DNA of 64,000 nt from a virus. The translations under genes were made by a program, and so were the position numbers. The notes under the pieces were generated by a model. It was not told the origin of the DNA and made no database searches. It saw nothing but the letters and a program-made list of their open reading frames with translations. The stretch covers positions 1 to 64,000 of the IMG/VR virus record IMGVR_UViG_3300045988_173816; one strand, 5' to 3'. Positions 25,099 to 33,927 of this stretch are shown here, in pieces (the stretch's first letter is position 1; each line of letters opens with the position of its first letter).

Positions 25099-25106
25099 AG
25101 GATTTC

Positions 25107-25601
25107 ATGAATAAGACAATGACTTACAAAGTTTGGGACACTAAGACGAAGCAGTTGTTCCAAGTAACTGGGATTGATTATACCCAACAAGAGATTTACC
25201 CAGTAACGGAAGATGAAGATAAACGGTTAATCCCAATGTCTGAGGGTCTCCTCTTACCCTAAACTCCTTTCGTAGACTCCAAAGGTCAACCTTTGTTTGC
25301 AGGACACATTATTGAAGATGCTGATACAGTTTATTTTTCTGATGGTTCTTTCTACGAAAACCAAGATGAAGCTTATGGTGAAACTGAAACTAAGAACTAT
25401 TTTGCTTTAGAGTTTGATGATTTTAAATTTCTGCTTACTAAGAGTAAGTATGGTTTATTGGGAGATTCTGCTTTGTGGTCTTCTATTTGTGAGGATAATA
25501 TGCGAGTTTTGAGTGATTTTCTACGGTCGTCAGAGGATTTCACGATTGTAGGGAATATTTACGAGAGCAAAGATTTGATTGAAAATAACGAACAAAATTA
25601 A
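25107..25601 (+). pseudogene. YopX-family gene interrupted by an in-frame TAA (25260-25262)
   Basis: Track ORFs 25029-25262 and 25293-25601 share one frame. Read-through gives ...EGLLLP*TPFVDSKGQPLFAGHIIED...IVGNIYESKDLIENN, a continuous YopX domain. Confidence 0.65.
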
Positions 25602-25614
25602 AAGAGGTTAAGTT

Positions 25615-25881
25615 ATGAATGAATTAGTAAATGAATTGAATGCAGTAATGGACAGCAGTTTCGAGCGCATTGTGGGTATAGGTAAATGGATTTTGTACTT
25701 TGAGCGCTTGAAAGCCAACAATGTAAAAGAGATTTTCCGAGTAAGTGTTAAATCTAAGAATATTCGATATTACTGTGTGAGTCATGATACCTCTGTAATA
25801 GATGTGTCATTGCAACGACCTACGGATAAGGTTACATTTAATACTGTTGATGAGATTTTAGAGTACATTTACGGTGGGTAG
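25615..25881 (+). CDS. hypothetical protein (88 aa)
   Basis: ORF track; RBS AAAGAGG. Confidence 0.7.
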   Translation: MNELVNELNAVMDSSFERIVGIGKWILYFERLKANNVKEIFRVSVKSKNIRYYCVSHDTSVIDVSLQRPTDKVTFNTVDEILEYIYGG

Positions 25882-25938
25882 TCCAAAATATCCTCAACGT
25901 TTATAAAAGTTTTAATAAATAGAAAAGAAGGACTTTGT

Positions 25939-26391
25939 ATGTTTAATAATTTAAAACCAGAGGAGCTAGACTCCATTGTACGCAGCATTTCACTCTTTAA
26001 ATTACCAAAAGATGTTGTTTATTATAGTGAGCGTACTTTAGAAGATAACCTCCCTCACATGTTGGAAGAAACCAAAGAGCAAGAAGGTTGGCTCTTTGTT
26101 GAAGGTAACAAAAAGTTTTACTACAACCCTCACAGAGAGTCTTTACTAGTGAAATTTTCTGATTCGGTACTGAGCAAACCTTACAGGGTATCCCTTTCTG
26201 AGCTACCTTCTGTACTGCAAGGAGAGTGTAACTTATCTGAGTTCTCCGTAGATAAAGAAATTTACCTAGCAGATTTTGTTCAGGAGTTGACTCCAACAAC
26301 TAGATTGATTTTGTTATATCAACTATTGCTAGAAGGTGCTGATTTTGATGTAGAAGCTTTTTTAGAACGACAAGGAAACAAAGATGATTAA
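25939..26391 (+). CDS. hypothetical protein (150 aa)
   Basis: ORF track; RBS AAGAAGGA. Confidence 0.7.
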   Translation: MFNNLKPEELDSIVRSISLFKLPKDVVYYSERTLEDNLPHMLEETKEQEGWLFVEGNKKFYYNPHRESLLVKFSDSVLSKPYRVSLSELPSVLQGECNLSEFSVDKEIYLADFVQELTPTTRLILLYQLLLEGADFDVEAFLERQGNKDD

Positions 26392-26902
26392 AAATGAACT
26401 AAAAGAAATGCCCCTCTTAATTGCCAAAATAGAAGAGTGGTCTAAGGTTAGGGGTATCGACAAACTTCCTTACGAAACCCAACGCTACAAAATTATGGAA
26501 GAGTTTGGAGAGCTTTTCGGTGCTTATTACCGAGGAGATTTAGAATTATTAAAAGACTCTCTAGGCGATATTGTTGTCACTTTGATTATCTATGTTCAGC
26601 AGTTCTCAAAAGGTGAGCGTAATTTCTTTGAAGAATATTGGTGGATTGACAAGGGTGGGTTTAATTACTTAGGTTTCCATCTAGACCAAATCGCTATTTC
26701 GACTAATTTAATTTGGTCAGGTGCAAGCGGTATCTGGGTTTTACGAGATGTTGTTGCAGACTTGAAGCATATTGCGAAGTATTATGGTTGGAGTTTGACT
26801 GAATGTGTAGAACACGCTTGGGACGAGATTAAAGATAGACGGGGTAAAGTTGTGGATGGAAAATGGATAAAAGAGAAGGATTTGAAAGATGCAACAAATT
26901 AA
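26384..26902 (+). CDS. mazG: MazG-like nucleoside triphosphate pyrophosphohydrolase
   Basis: IMEEFGELFGAY...LKDSLGDIVVTLIIY (EExGE...D motifs of all-alpha NTP-PPases). Confidence 0.6.
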   Translation: MIKNELKEMPLLIAKIEEWSKVRGIDKLPYETQRYKIMEEFGELFGAYYRGDLELLKDSLGDIVVTLIIYVQQFSKGERNFFEEYWWIDKGGFNYLGFHLDQIAISTNLIWSGASGIWVLRDVVADLKHIAKYYGWSLTECVEHAWDEIKDRRGKVVDGKWIKEKDLKDATN

Positions 26903-27185
26903 AATTTTTACAACGGATTCTGGTTTTAGAGAAAACTGGGTTTCGGCAGATGACAAAGCAAACAAGTGGCTTTCTGAAAACCCAAATGTCCGAGTCTTAG
27001 ATATGCGTTATCAAGCAAATGTCTCAGGTTTTGCTGACAGTGGGGTATCCGCTTCTGACTTCCACGAGTCGATTTGTTTGTTGTATGAAATTTCTGACAT
27101 AGTTATTACATCTCGCACAGAGGATGTTCTTTTAAGTGATAAGAGAGACTATTCTAGCGAGAAATATAAAGTTGATTTTGATTGA
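26889..27185 (+). CDS. hypothetical protein; N-terminus paralogous to the next ORF (Cse60-like?)
   Basis: MQQIKIFTTDSG...ANKWLSENPNVRVLDMRYQ versus MLQTKIFLSDSD...FNAWVKDNPTVEIKDVKFQ. Confidence 0.65.
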   Translation: MQQIKIFTTDSGFRENWVSADDKANKWLSENPNVRVLDMRYQANVSGFADSGVSASDFHESICLLYEISDIVITSRTEDVLLSDKRDYSSEKYKVDFD

Positions 27186-27198
27186 GAGGGTATTTAAT

Positions 27199-27690
27199 AT
27201 GTTACAAACAAAGATCTTTCTAAGTGATAGTGATGGTAACTCTTCACAATTCTGCAGTGCTGCAGATTATTTCAATGCTTGGGTAAAAGATAACCCTACT
27301 GTAGAAATTAAAGATGTGAAGTTCCAACACGCTATGACTACTGATAAGTATAATGATGATTCTGTTATGCAAGCTAGTTCTATCTTTGTTTTGTTTGAGC
27401 TACCTCTTGGTTTAGAGCCTTTTACACGCTTTAAATGGAACTCTATTTGGAATCGCGCTTCTTTATTTAAAGATAAGCTTGAAGATAGAGATTGGGTGTT
27501 CGATAAGCGAAAGGAAGACCTACATTTTCCTTTAGTTGGTAATATTCCTTCGGCTGATATCTCAGTATTGGTAAAACTAACAGATGGTACTTATAGAATT
27601 TCTGAATTAGTTTACAGTTATGAATATGGTTACTACTATTTCAAGGGTATCACTGCAGAGCATTTTTCTTGGCAATATTTACCGGAATAG
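27199..27690 (+). CDS. hypothetical protein; N-terminus paralogous to the previous ORF
   Basis: Start moved to the ATG at 27199 behind RBS GAGAGGG. Confidence 0.65.
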   Translation: MLQTKIFLSDSDGNSSQFCSAADYFNAWVKDNPTVEIKDVKFQHAMTTDKYNDDSVMQASSIFVLFELPLGLEPFTRFKWNSIWNRASLFKDKLEDRDWVFDKRKEDLHFPLVGNIPSADISVLVKLTDGTYRISELVYSYEYGYYYFKGITAEHFSWQYLPE

Positions 27691-27706
27691 AAAGAGGTTG
27701 GTTTTT

Positions 27707-28072
27707 ATGGTAAAAGAACAGTTAGTAAAAATAAATCCTAGAAATTTGGAGTATTGTTCGATTGAGTTGAAGTCCTTACTCAATAAGAAGTTGAACGATA
27801 GAGACTTAAAGTTAGAAGTTAATATCTACTCTGACACGAATAGTCCTTTAAACGTTGAAATTGAAGAGAACTCCTTAAATGGGGCTACAGTTTGTTCGGG
27901 GTTTATTTGGTGTAACACTACTGATATGGTGTGGAACAGGAAGAGTTCTCTTCTTCCTCTGAGTGCTATTTCCATGCTTGACAATAATCAACTTGCAAAA
28001 ATCAAACGTTGGACAAAGCGTTACATGGCTGAGCTTGCAACTTATTACACAGATGAATTGAAAGGAAAATAG
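27707..28072 (+). CDS. hypothetical protein (121 aa)
   Basis: Start moved to the ATG at 27707 behind RBS AAGAGG. Confidence 0.65.
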   Translation: MVKEQLVKINPRNLEYCSIELKSLLNKKLNDRDLKLEVNIYSDTNSPLNVEIEENSLNGATVCSGFIWCNTTDMVWNRKSSLLPLSAISMLDNNQLAKIKRWTKRYMAELATYYTDELKGK

Positions 28073-28073
28073 T

Positions 28074-28217
28074 ATGACTAAAACACAGATGGTATCATTA
28101 CCTTTGGCTGAGTTAAATGAGCTTTTGGTTAAGGAATTTGTAGTAGAAGAAGCTTTGAAACAAGGTTTAATCTCAGACGATTTTGTTGAAGAAATGCGTA
28201 GTGAATTTGAGGGGTAA
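28074..28217 (+). CDS. small acidic ORF (47 aa)
   Basis: ATG 2 nt after the upstream stop; below the track cutoff. Confidence 0.5.
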   Translation: MTKTQMVSLPLAELNELLVKEFVVEEALKQGLISDDFVEEMRSEFEG

Positions 28218-28330
28218 GGTATGGCTTGGAGAATACATGACTTGGTTCATATAGATATCTAAACGATGGAAACCTTTGATTTCAATTGAGGTGAAAATCT
28301 TTTTTAGTTGTCAATGATTTGACTTTTTAT

Positions 28331-28359
28331 TTGTTTTCACTTAAATTTTATGGTATAAT
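28331..28359 (+). promoter_or_regulatory. sigma-70-type promoter
   Basis: TTGTTT, 17 nt, TGGTATAAT. Confidence 0.6.
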
Positions 28360-28393
28360 TATTTTATGAAGTTTAGTGAAAGGGGTTCGAAAA

Positions 28394-29620
28394 ATGGAAA
28401 TTAGTTTGACATCCAAATTACGTATTGTGTTTCAATCTGAAGATGATAGAAAAAGTGTTTTTGCTACTCTCATTGCTTATCGTGACGCGTGTAATTTTGT
28501 TTCACAATATATTTTCGATCATAATTTTGTTCTAAAACAAAGAGAATTACAAGCTACTCTTTATCATGAGCTTCGTAATCGATTTGGTTTGAAATCGCAA
28601 ATGGTATTATCTGTTTTTAGAACAGTTATTGCGCAATATAAAACGGTTCAAACGCAACTTCGTAAACAACGAGTTTGGGATGGTTATAAAAAGGATAATC
28701 ACGGAAAAGATGTTCCTAATTATATTAAAAAGGATTTGACTTTTTTATGGAAACCAATTAAATTTAAACGTCCGCAATTAGATTTAGTACGTAATCGCGA
28801 CTATAGTTTCAAAAATGATATGTTGTCTATGAACACAATTAATGGACGTGTTTTCGTCAAAGTATATTATCTTGAAGAAAATCCGTATTTCGATGGTTCA
28901 TGGAAATTAGGAACAGGGAAAGTAGTTCGAAGTGGAAAGCATTGGTTCTTTCATGTCTCAGCAACTAAAGAAGTTTCTGATTTCGAGATGCAAAACTTAA
29001 AACATGTAGTTGGAATCGATCGTGGATTGCGTCAAGTCTTAACGACTTATGATGAAAAAGGTCAAACTCGTTTCGTTAATGGTGCATTTATTTCGAAGAA
29101 ACGCAAACATTATGTTCAATTAAGATCCTGTCTTCAAGCTAAAGGGACGAAATCAGCTAAACGTCGTTTACGTTCTCTAAGTGGACGAGAATCCCGTTGG
29201 ATGAGTGATGTTAATCATCAACTATCTAAGACACTCGTTGAAACTTATGGTAAACAGACGTTGTTTATACTTGAAGATTTAACTGACGTAACCTTCGACA
29301 CGGTTCACTCACGTAGAAAAGAGAATCGATATGAGCATCATTCTTGGTCATTTTATGACTTGGAACAAAAACTGAGATATAAAGCTCGCTTAAACGAAAG
29401 TGAAGTCGTTTTAGTGGGTGCTCATTATACTAGTCAGCGATGTCCTAAATGTGGAACAATTGATAAATCGAACCGTGATAAAAACATTCACCAATATACC
29501 TGTTCTAATTGCGGTTACTCGAGTAATGACGACCGAGTAGGTGCTATGAACATTTATGAACTAGGTAAATGGTTTGTATCAGGTATTGAGAAACCCTCTT
29601 TTGTAATTTCAAATGAATAG
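28394..29620 (+). CDS. tnpB: TnpB, IS605/IS1341-type RNA-guided endonuclease with an intact catalytic set
   Basis: RuvC-I VVGIDRGL, RuvC-II FILEDLTDV, zinc ribbon YTSQRCPKCG...CSNCGY, RuvC-III NDDRVGAMNI; no tnpA nearby. Confidence 0.85.
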   Translation: MEISLTSKLRIVFQSEDDRKSVFATLIAYRDACNFVSQYIFDHNFVLKQRELQATLYHELRNRFGLKSQMVLSVFRTVIAQYKTVQTQLRKQRVWDGYKKDNHGKDVPNYIKKDLTFLWKPIKFKRPQLDLVRNRDYSFKNDMLSMNTINGRVFVKVYYLEENPYFDGSWKLGTGKVVRSGKHWFFHVSATKEVSDFEMQNLKHVVGIDRGLRQVLTTYDEKGQTRFVNGAFISKKRKHYVQLRSCLQAKGTKSAKRRLRSLSGRESRWMSDVNHQLSKTLVETYGKQTLFILEDLTDVTFDTVHSRRKENRYEHHSWSFYDLEQKLRYKARLNESEVVLVGAHYTSQRCPKCGTIDKSNRDKNIHQYTCSNCGYSSNDDRVGAMNIYELGKWFVSGIEKPSFVISNE

Positions 29621-29800
29621 ACACGCGTATACGTATGTCATTGCCGTAGTTCGTCAATCTGCGGATTTAGAAAGTTATTTCTGAAAAGAAGTCTCAATTG
29701 TTTTACTCAAATGAGTAAAGAAGGTGGGAGGGAGTTTCTTCTGTTTGACCACCTTCAAATTAGGGACAAGCCACTTACCTTAGTTGGTGGTAATTGACTT
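29621..29800 (+). ncRNA. Probable omega-RNA (reRNA) region of the IS605-type tnpB
   Basis: Structured, ORF-free 3' flank (for example GGTGGGAGGGAG...GACCACC); position as in known TnpB loci; extent uncertain. Confidence 0.4.
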
Positions 29801-29901
29801 GCATTTAACGAATATTCGACTTCCAGATTTAAAGATGTCTCAGTATCCTTCAAGTTTATGTGATGATTTACTGGTGGTTATAGAATTTGAGGACTAAAAT
29901 A

Positions 29902-30168
29902 ATGTTAGAAATACAAGAAAACAAACCATTCCGTATCAACTTCAAAAACGGAGATCAAACTATTTATATGGTCAAAGACCGATTTCTAAAAATATTCTTC
30001 AGAAATGATTTTGGTTGGAGAATTGTGCCAGAGGAAATGTATAACCGCACTTGGTCTTACATAAAGCGTAAGGGTATCACCTATATTTCTGAGTCTGAGC
30101 TTCTAGAACTTTCTAAACAGTTCACAAACGGCTCAGAGTTGCTAATTTCAAAAATAGAAAAGGAATAA
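29902..30168 (+). CDS. hypothetical protein (88 aa)
   Basis: Start moved to the ATG at 29902. Confidence 0.6.
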   Translation: MLEIQENKPFRINFKNGDQTIYMVKDRFLKIFFRNDFGWRIVPEEMYNRTWSYIKRKGITYISESELLELSKQFTNGSELLISKIEKE

Positions 30169-30171
30169 TTT

Positions 30172-30750
30172 ATGGATAATTTAACTAAACCAGTGAAGAT
30201 TGGAATTGCAGTAGTTTTAGGACTTGTCCTCCTTGGACTTTTCCGTTTAACCGCAGTAAAACGAATCCCAGCTAACACAGTGGGGGTGAAAGTCAGTGCT
30301 TTTGGTGGTGTTCAAGATACTACACTTCAAACGGGGTATCACTTACTTGTGCCTTTTATTGACAAAGTTTATACTTTGCCTACTTCGGTGCAGACTAAAA
30401 CGATGGAGAAAATCACAACTCAGACCAAAGATGGTCAGTGGCTCAATACCAATATTGACGTGAAGTACCGTGTTAACAAAGAAAAAGCCATGACGGTCTT
30501 CTCTAACTATACCACTTTGGAAAATGTTAACAATAGTGTGGTATCACCAGCAGTTCAACGTGCAATTGAGTCTGTCACAGGCAGTTATGACATTTATGAT
30601 ATTTTGGGAGATAAGCGTACAGAGGTGTACGAAATGATTGACAAGGCTCTAAAAGATAAGTTTGAGTCTTATGACTTGGAATTTGTTTCATTCACAATCA
30701 CCGACCAAAAGGTCTTGCTTTTTATAATTGACAAATTTATCTATTTTTGA
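30172..30750 (+). CDS. SPFH/band-7 (prohibitin-like) membrane protein
   Basis: N-terminal TM helix followed by TVGVKVSAFGGVQDTTLQTGYHLLVPFIDKVYTLPTSVQT. Confidence 0.6.
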   Translation: MDNLTKPVKIGIAVVLGLVLLGLFRLTAVKRIPANTVGVKVSAFGGVQDTTLQTGYHLLVPFIDKVYTLPTSVQTKTMEKITTQTKDGQWLNTNIDVKYRVNKEKAMTVFSNYTTLENVNNSVVSPAVQRAIESVTGSYDIYDILGDKRTEVYEMIDKALKDKFESYDLEFVSFTITDQKVLLFIIDKFIYF

Positions 30751-30756
30751 TATAAT
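30728..30756 (+). promoter_or_regulatory. sigma-70-type promoter inside the 3' end of the SPFH ORF
   Basis: TTGACA, 17 nt, TGATATAAT. Confidence 0.75.
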
Positions 30757-30785
30757 AGAGAAAATATAGGAGGAACAATAATTAC

Positions 30786-31100
30786 ATGAGAAAGAAATTT
30801 ATGGTTTATTCAGCAGAAGAAGTAAGTAAGAAGTTAAAGAAAGTTTTAATAGATGACGAACAACTGTATATAGTTTCTGTTTTTGAAACGGACTTGTTTG
30901 GAAATGACTCTATTTCGCAACAACATAACTACTTAACTTTAGATGATGTACATACGTTGCTTTTAGACTTGTTGGAAGAAACTTATGTTACTTTTTCGGT
31001 TAGCAAAGATTCCAAATGGGTATCATTAGGTGTTGTTAACAAAAATTCCAAGATTGCGATTATGAGTATAGAAGATTTGAGAAAACGTAAGAAGTGGTAG
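30786..31100 (+). CDS. hypothetical protein (104 aa)
   Basis: ORF track; RBS TAGGAGGAA. Confidence 0.7.
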   Translation: MRKKFMVYSAEEVSKKLKKVLIDDEQLYIVSVFETDLFGNDSISQQHNYLTLDDVHTLLLDLLEETYVTFSVSKDSKWVSLGVVNKNSKIAIMSIEDLRKRKKW

Positions 31101-31111
31101 GAAATAAAAAA

Positions 31112-31486
31112 ATGGACAAACTATTTGATGAATTGGCAAAATCGCTAAATGTAAGCACAGACTTAGTTCAACAATTTGTAGGGAATTACCCACAATTACG
31201 CTCCCAGTGGCAAATATATAAGGTTTTCGACCTTTGGGACGATTTCCTCAGTTTCACTGCCTTGGTTGTACTAGGTATAATGATTTACCTTGGTTTTAAG
31301 TACCATTCTGATTTAGAATATGAGTCAGAAGTTGAAGTGAATAACATTCGCAAGAGGTGGATTAAGCACCTAGTGGTATCCTTCCTTGTGCTTTGCTTGG
31401 TTGACTATACCTTGTTGTCGATTCAAACCTATTTGGCGCCAGATATTACCATGCTCTTTGAGGTTTTAAAGCAGTTGAAGAAATAA
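31112..31486 (+). CDS. membrane protein (2-3 TM)
   Basis: Start moved to the ATG at 31112; FLSFTALVVLGIMIYLGF and LVVSFLVLCLVDYTLL. Confidence 0.6.
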   Translation: MDKLFDELAKSLNVSTDLVQQFVGNYPQLRSQWQIYKVFDLWDDFLSFTALVVLGIMIYLGFKYHSDLEYESEVEVNNIRKRWIKHLVVSFLVLCLVDYTLLSIQTYLAPDITMLFEVLKQLKK

Positions 31487-31508
31487 GTAGAGAGTCAACT
31501 TAGTTAGG

Positions 31509-31537
31509 TTGACTTTTAACTTAGTTCATGATAAACT
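31509..31537 (+). promoter_or_regulatory. sigma-70-type promoter
   Basis: TTGACT, 17 nt, TGATAAACT. Confidence 0.6.
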
Positions 31538-31566
31538 AAATTAAAATATCGGTAAAGGGGTTTTAT

Positions 31567-32346
31567 ATGTTATTTACAACAAATAAGAAAGACTATCATG
31601 ATAGATTGCTGCAATTAGCCTACCAAGTTTTGTGTGAAATCGGTGATATTGCAGATAAAGTAACACTAGGTGGTGCTTATGCTATTTATTCTTCCTATTT
31701 CGGGGGTATCTACTCTTTGAGTTCTAGTTCTCGCGAAACTTCTGACTTGGATATTGATTTATACATGAAAGTTGGAGATTTAGATTATACAGAGTTTCAA
31801 CAACGGTATATTCGGAAAGTACAATCCACATTTGGTTTAAGTTCTAAAGTAGATTTTTTTGCTTTAAAGACAAGAGATACTTCTGTCACTTATCCATTTA
31901 AAGTCTATACCGAAGAATTTGGAACGTCAGGTCGTTTGAAGATTGACTTTAAAGAGACTGAGGGTGAACGTTTGTTTTCAATTGCTCCTTTAGAATTATC
32001 TTTTATTCGTAAGTTGAGTGTTTCAAACACTTATGTAGACAGAAGACCTAAAGATAAAATAGATGTTTGTAGTATTTTAGTTTACTTTTACACAAATGGT
32101 ATTTCTAAGGGTGAGATTTTAGAATTAGGTCAACGTTATGGGTTCACTTTTGAATTAAATCCTTCTTGGTATTCCATAGATGCAATCGATAAAGGATTAT
32201 ATTCTTTGAGAAATTTTAAACCTTCACCTTCTATCCCTCATTTATCAAATGATACTTGTTTGTTTTGGGTTCAAGCTTTATTATTGGGGTTGTTTAATTC
32301 AAATATACCGGTTAGTGCAGTATTTAAAGAAGGAGTTTGGTATTAA
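31567..32346 (+). CDS. AbiEii/AbiGii-like nucleotidyltransferase
   Basis: VTLGGAYAIYSSYFG...SRETSDLDIDLY matches the GG...S-D-x-D NTase motif of AbiEii toxins. Confidence 0.5.
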   Translation: MLFTTNKKDYHDRLLQLAYQVLCEIGDIADKVTLGGAYAIYSSYFGGIYSLSSSSRETSDLDIDLYMKVGDLDYTEFQQRYIRKVQSTFGLSSKVDFFALKTRDTSVTYPFKVYTEEFGTSGRLKIDFKETEGERLFSIAPLELSFIRKLSVSNTYVDRRPKDKIDVCSILVYFYTNGISKGEILELGQRYGFTFELNPSWYSIDAIDKGLYSLRNFKPSPSIPHLSNDTCLFWVQALLLGLFNSNIPVSAVFKEGVWY

Positions 32347-32793
32347 GTGGTGCCTGTATTTTTTGGAGTAGATGGTGGTGTTTTGACAGGGGTTAGTGCT
32401 TGTGCAGAATATGGTTTGTGCGCAGGTTCTGATTTTTATACTGAATATAGAGTTCAAGGTTCTTCAAATTATTTAGCAGAAGGGTCTTATATTCATATTA
32501 TTTCTTCATCTAAACCATTTGAAGTTGTGGAGATGGGGGGACAACCGTTAGTTAGCAAATACCAAGCTATAGTGGATGCTTGTTACTTTTATCATGATGA
32601 TTCTGCTTTAGCTGAAATTTTTGAAGAACTAGAATATGAGGGTGAACTAGATGTTTGGGTATCTTATGCTAAATCAGTAAATATGGATTCATCTTTATTA
32701 CAGTTTATTTTATCTATGTTTACAGACGCTTATAGAGACACTTACGATGGTGGTTTTCCTTTAGTTTTATCTAATCGATCATTGTTTACTTAG
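32347..32793 (+). CDS. hypothetical protein (148 aa) abutting the NTase gene
   Basis: GTG start 1 nt after the upstream stop, behind RBS GAAGGAG. Confidence 0.6.
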   Translation: MVPVFFGVDGGVLTGVSACAEYGLCAGSDFYTEYRVQGSSNYLAEGSYIHIISSSKPFEVVEMGGQPLVSKYQAIVDACYFYHDDSALAEIFEELEYEGELDVWVSYAKSVNMDSSLLQFILSMFTDAYRDTYDGGFPLVLSNRSLFT

Positions 32794-32830
32794 GTATAAA
32801 GAGAAACAAGTTTAGAGCTTGTTTTCTTTT

Positions 32831-32859
32831 TTGACTTTTTTGTACTTTTGTGCTATAAT
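32831..32859 (+). promoter_or_regulatory. sigma-70-type promoter after a terminator
   Basis: TTGACT, 17 nt, TGCTATAAT; preceded by hairpin GAAACAAG/CTTGTTTTC plus T-run. Confidence 0.75.
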
Positions 32860-32893
32860 AAAAGAAATTTAAAGGAAAGGAAGAACTTAAAAT

Positions 32894-33664
32894 TTGAGAA
32901 CCAAAGAAGAGGTCTTTGAGTTGGTTAAATCACATCTTATTGATTTAGATTCGGTATCAGAAGTCGCCACTCAGCGTAAGTATATTCATGATGAGATTAA
33001 GTCTTATTTAGTTGAGAATTATTTAGGTTTCGCAACAAGTCCTTCGGTCAATATTGAGTTGATGAACGCTTTAGATGAGGTTGGTTGGCTTGACAAAGGT
33101 ACATTTACCTTGGAGGGTAGAGTAGTTGTACCTATTCGCAACGCAGATGGTTCGATTGCTACCTTGGTAGGTTGGCGAAAAGGATTTCCAAAATACTACA
33201 CGATTGCAGATAAGGATTTTTCTAAAGAAAGTCATTGGTTTAATTTAGACAGAGCCTTGGATAAGTCCTTTAATGGAGATAAGCGGTATCGAGGTTCTAT
33301 TGTGGTGGTTGAGGGTATATTTGATGCTCTTCATTTGGATGCTTATGGTGTACCAGCTATTGCGACTGTGGGAGCGGACGTAAATGCTTATAAGGGAGCA
33401 GTTCTTAACTTGTTCGACAAAGTGATTTGTGTCCCGGATAATGATAGAGCAGGGCAGAGAGCTTTACTAGAGAAGAAATGGCAAGTACCGACTAGTGCAA
33501 CTTTCTTATATGTAGAAGAAAAGCGGTATCAATTTGGAGAAGGTCTTTCTTTTCAAGTAAAAGATATTGATAACTTTTTAAGTCTATTCGGTTCTCAAAT
33601 TCATGAGGTTCTAGTGCCTTTGGTGGAGAACAAAGCAGCAGTAGTGGAGAGGTTGAGTTTATGA
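32894..33664 (+). CDS. TOPRIM-domain DnaG-like primase
   Basis: IVVVEGIFDALHL and CVPDNDRAGQRA (TOPRIM E and DxD motifs); TTG start behind RBS AAAGGAAAGGAAG. Confidence 0.6.
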   Translation: MRTKEEVFELVKSHLIDLDSVSEVATQRKYIHDEIKSYLVENYLGFATSPSVNIELMNALDEVGWLDKGTFTLEGRVVVPIRNADGSIATLVGWRKGFPKYYTIADKDFSKESHWFNLDRALDKSFNGDKRYRGSIVVVEGIFDALHLDAYGVPAIATVGADVNAYKGAVLNLFDKVICVPDNDRAGQRALLEKKWQVPTSATFLYVEEKRYQFGEGLSFQVKDIDNFLSLFGSQIHEVLVPLVENKAAVVERLSL

Positions 33665-33927
33665 GTTTATTACAAGATTTAGAGAAAAGTTATGAAGAAA
33701 TACCAATAGGTTCCCTTTGGCGACACCTCAAGACAGACAACCTTTATACTGTCAAAGATATTGTAGTAGTTGAGTCTGATTTAACTCTCGCGGTATCTTA
33801 CAAGCGCCTTGGAGATACTAATCGTCTACATTGGCTTCGTCCATTAGATGAGTTTTTAGATGGTCGCTTTAAAAGAGAAGTTCTGTTCAAAGATGAGGTG
33901 GAAAATGGGAGTAACAGTGGAAGATAA
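33661..33927 (+). CDS. DUF1653-like protein
   Basis: LWRHLKTDNLYTV...AVSYKRL...WLRPLDEFLDGRFKRE. Confidence 0.55.
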   Translation: MSLLQDLEKSYEEIPIGSLWRHLKTDNLYTVKDIVVVESDLTLAVSYKRLGDTNRLHWLRPLDEFLDGRFKREVLFKDEVENGSNSGR

